DNA of 37,301 nucleotides from Candidatus Falkowbacteria bacterium RIFOXYC2_FULL_48_21 (GTDB lineage Bacteria; Patescibacteriota; Patescibacteriia; UBA11705; JABHMO01): NCBI GenBank assembly GCA_001778275.1, contig MFGM01000074.1, positions 14,814 to 52,114 of the forward strand, read 5' to 3'. Shown piece by piece: positions 35,268 to 37,301 of this stretch (position 1 is its first letter; each line of letters starts with the position of its first letter). The notes under the pieces were generated by a model. It saw only the letters and a program-made list of their open reading frames with translations, ran no database searches and was not told where the DNA came from. The position numbers and the translations under genes were made by a program.

Positions 35268-36275
35268 ATGCAGGACATGAATCAATCGTCGCAATTCATA
35301 CCATCGAGCAACACAATTCAGCCAGAGAAAAATGATCCGGAAATCAACTTTGCCAATTATATTGGTATTGCATGGAAAGGAAAATGGCTTATCGGCGTGG
35401 CCTTCATGAGCGCATTTACTATCGGCGTCACGGTAAGCCTGCTATTGCCGGAGACTTTCGAAGCTCGCTCACTTATCCAAATAGGCATATTAAAAAACGA
35501 ATTATTGGTCAATCCCGCGGAGGAGGAAAAAGTATTTTCAACCGACACGATTGCCACGCAAATAAGAACACAATTGTCAGCGCCCAACGTATCGTTGCTA
35601 AGTGTAAAAAACCGTTTTGACGTAAAAACGGTTATAGCGCAAGACAAAACCAAACTTAACATACTGGAAATCAAAGCACGCGGACAAAACCCGCAATCCG
35701 CTTTAACATTACTGACGATTGTGGATCAACTTTTAATTGAACGCCACCAAAAACTGTTTGAAACGGCCATAAAAACGGTTGAACAAGAAATTGGATTTAT
35801 CAAGCAAAACAAAGTACAAATCGGCAAGCAAATTGTCGAAGTCGAAAAAAATATTATTCGTCTGGATAAGGATATTCAATTTTATCAAAAAGAGATCACT
35901 GCCCGAGCCGATGTAAAATCGGAAGCGCAAGGAAGAATTGTCGAAAGTTATATAAATTTATTGGACGCCGTCAAGCAGGCAAAGGACGCGAAAGTGATGG
36001 CGATCATAGATTTAAAAACGAGTTTATTTGAGCTTGATCAGGAGTTGCAAAAAAAAGAATTTGAAAAGACTTACAGTACCAAGCCGACCACAATAAAAGT
36101 CGCACCAGTATTGCCGGAGATGAAAATTGCGCCACAGCGAAGGCAGATTGTACTCATTGCCGGCATGATTGGTTTATTCTTAGGAGTTTTTTGCGCTTTC
36201 ATCATTGAATTTCTGAGAAAAAATAAGTCATTGTTGCGAAATGTTAGTGCGGCGGCTGATAAAAGTTCCACTTAA
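35268..36275 (+). CDS. Wzz-like polysaccharide co-polymerase (chain-length determinant), no kinase domain
   Basis: 335 aa. The Wzz-type N-terminus is INFANYIGIAWKGKWLIGVAFMSAFTIGVTVSLLLPETFEA. A long coiled-coil-like polar middle region follows, then a second TM helix near the C-terminus (IVLIAGMIGLFLGVFCAFIIEFL). Confidence 0.75.
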   Translation: MQDMNQSSQFIPSSNTIQPEKNDPEINFANYIGIAWKGKWLIGVAFMSAFTIGVTVSLLLPETFEARSLIQIGILKNELLVNPAEEEKVFSTDTIATQIRTQLSAPNVSLLSVKNRFDVKTVIAQDKTKLNILEIKARGQNPQSALTLLTIVDQLLIERHQKLFETAIKTVEQEIGFIKQNKVQIGKQIVEVEKNIIRLDKDIQFYQKEITARADVKSEAQGRIVESYINLLDAVKQAKDAKVMAIIDLKTSLFELDQELQKKEFEKTYSTKPTTIKVAPVLPEMKIAPQRRQIVLIAGMIGLFLGVFCAFIIEFLRKNKSLLRNVSAAADKSST

Positions 36276-36318
36276 AGTATTATTTGCATAAAGGCTCATC
36301 AATAAGCCGGCATTGTTT

Positions 36319-36343
36319 TAAGCAGTGCTTGCTTATTTTATTT
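36319..36343 (+). terminator. Weak candidate intrinsic terminator after the last locus gene
   Basis: TAAGCA-gtgct-TGCTTA (6-bp stem, 5-nt loop, 36319-36335) is followed by TTTTATTT. It lies 44 nt downstream of the Wzz-like stop. The stem has only 2 G:C pairs. Confidence 0.35.
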
Positions 36344-36379
36344 ATCCACACCTATAGCATAAACAAATCACCCAAATTG

Positions 36380-36388
36380 TGGTATAAT
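36380..36388 (+). promoter_or_regulatory. Candidate extended -10 promoter element (TGgTATAAT) for the downstream secreted-protein gene
   Basis: It matches TGnTATAAT exactly (TATAAT at 36383-36388) and lies in the 278-nt AT-rich gap, about 165 nt upstream of ATG 36554. There is no convincing -35 element, which is tolerated for extended -10 promoters. Confidence 0.35.
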
Positions 36389-36446
36389 ACAAATGTCAAA
36401 GAATTAATAAATGCTAACAAAAGCCAGCATCATGGTTAGTTTGCAT

Positions 36447-36482
36447 TAATCTATTTGGGCCCAACCTTAAGAAAATAGATTA
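36447..36482 (+). repeat. Perfect 10-bp inverted repeat (TAATCTATTT / AAATAGATTA) with a 16-nt loop containing GGGCCC
   Basis: Read directly: 36447-36456 is the reverse complement of 36473-36482. It lies between the candidate promoter and the start codon of the next gene, so it is either a leader-RNA hairpin or an operator. Confidence 0.55.
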
Positions 36483-36553
36483 GTCCAAAATCCATAACCA
36501 GAATAAACGGTCGACTGGTGTTAAAAGTGCTGGAAAATAGAAAGGTAAAAACA

Positions 36554-37301
36554 ATGAAACAAAAAATTTTGTCATTGCTTAGGGATAAAAATAAACTAAG
36601 CAAAGTATTGCTCGGAATGGTTTTGATGTGCGCGCTGGTTTTGGTAACGGACATGTCGGCATTCGCCACGCAAAATGCGGGCTATGGCTATGGTTATGGA
36701 GCAGGAGATTATGCTTATGGCTACGGTTATTTCGCCGCATCCGGCACGACAGTAGCCTTGAAGTACAATCTTTGCACATCCAGTTGCTCGGTCAGTGAAT
36801 CGACCGCAGTAACCATCACCGCCACATTTAGTGAGGCGCCATATGAAGCACCTGACATAAGGATTGTAGACGGCACAACCACGACAGCTTTCACAGCGAT
36901 GAGCGGTTCCGGAACAACGTGGACCTACGCTTATACGACCGATGCCGTTTCGGCTGATACCACGGTAACTGTAAGTCTCCGAACGTTGGCAGGTTCGGGT
37001 TACACCCCGACTCCGTCCAATGCGACGTTCACCAATACCAATAGCACTGGCGGATCTGGCGGCAGCGGCGGAAGCGCTGCGACACCGTCAGTGGTCGTTA
37101 CTCCGGTAACAACAACCACCACTACTACCACCACGACCGTCGTAACGCCGGCACAAGCGACCGTTGTTAACACGGCGGCTGAAGCCAAAGCTACGGCCGA
37201 TATCGCCGGCATCACCAAGACGGCTTCGGCCGGCGCGGTGAGTCAAGCGGTGTACTTCATCGCTTACGGTACTGACGCTTCGGTCAAGATGTCCGCCAAT
37301 G
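36554..37301 (+). CDS. Secreted or cell-surface protein (partial; continues beyond the window) with a signal peptide, GY-repeat, Ser/Gly spacer and poly-Thr linker
   Basis: This ORF is not in the supplied track because it has no stop in the window. I translated 249 codons by hand with no stop. The start reads MKQKILSLLRDKNKLSKVLLGMVLMCALVLVTDMSAFA/TQNAG, with a signal peptide to about nt 36667. GYGYGYGAGDYAYGYGY spans 36680-36730. GGSGGSGGS is followed by T10 (37109-37138). An AAAGG sequence lies 9 nt upstream of the ATG. Confidence 0.75.
   Translation, partial: MKQKILSLLRDKNKLSKVLLGMVLMCALVLVTDMSAFATQNAGYGYGYGAGDYAYGYGYFAASGTTVALKYNLCTSSCSVSESTAVTITATFSEAPYEAPDIRIVDGTTTTAFTAMSGSGTTWTYAYTTDAVSADTTVTVSLRTLAGSGYTPTPSNATFTNTNSTGGSGGSGGSAATPSVVVTPVTTTTTTTTTTVVTPAQATVVNTAAEAKATADIAGITKTASAGAVSQAVYFIAYGTDASVKMSAN

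Noticed and set aside
36451-36779. Two minus-strand ORFs (36451-36669 and 36579-36779) spanning the leader and 5' end of the secreted-protein gene.
   Set aside because: They are antisense to a well-formed gene start and to its leader. Their products lack recognisable motifs and have no start context.
37000-37218. Minus-strand ORF encoding a poly-Val/Thr peptide (…TTVVVVVVVVVTGVTTT…).
   Set aside because: It is the reverse-complement shadow of the poly-Thr/Val linker of the plus-strand secreted protein. That protein has a proper start, an SD-like element and a signal peptide.
1-37301. Search for CRISPR arrays, transposases or integrases, IS inverted repeats, toxin-antitoxin pairs, restriction-modification or other defence systems, and rRNA or tRNA genes.
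   Set aside because: No direct-repeat/spacer periodicity, no recombinase or nuclease motifs and no structured RNA genes were seen on either strand. All substantial ORFs are accounted for by glycan-biosynthesis functions.

Overview
The window is almost entirely one co-directional cell-surface glycan biosynthesis locus. It spans about 36.3 kb on the + strand, holds about 30 tightly packed genes and uses the standard genetic code. A 278-nt AT-rich gap follows the locus, and after it comes the 5' part of a secreted, Thr-rich, GY-repeat protein gene that runs off the window.

Recognisable content:
- Nucleotide-sugar supply: UXS fragment, Ugd, TviB/WbpO-type UDP-HexNAc 6-dehydrogenase, Gmd+Fcl, WecB and an ArnB-like aminotransferase.
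- Initiation and export: a WbaP-type phosphoglycosyl transferase, a Wzx-like flippase, a Wzz-like co-polymerase and a DUF218 protein.
- Transferases: GT2, two GT4 and three CgeB-like paralogs.
- Three large polytopic membrane proteins (GT-C/Wzy-like).
- Tailoring enzymes in unusual density: five SAM methyltransferase domains, two cobalamin-type radical SAM domains, a pyruvyl transferase paired with an FrhB-like Fe-S protein, a bi-domain oxidoreductase and a glucuronyl C5-epimerase-like protein.

Most unusual features:
1. An 855-aa GT4 fused to a B12-binding radical SAM domain, followed by a free-standing radical SAM paralog and a methyltransferase.
2. An 825-aa fusion of a 12-TM membrane domain, a zinc ribbon and a SAM methyltransferase, sitting at the end of an Arn-like module (Ugd/UXS/ArnB-like/ArnC-like) that has methyltransferases where Arn has formyltransferase and deformylase.
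3. A pyruvyl transferase / FrhB-like pair embedded among three CgeB-like paralogs.

I found no rRNA, tRNA, CRISPR array, transposase, integrase or recognisable defence system. All family calls rest on motif recognition by eye, not on database searches. Taxonomic origin cannot be determined from this window.
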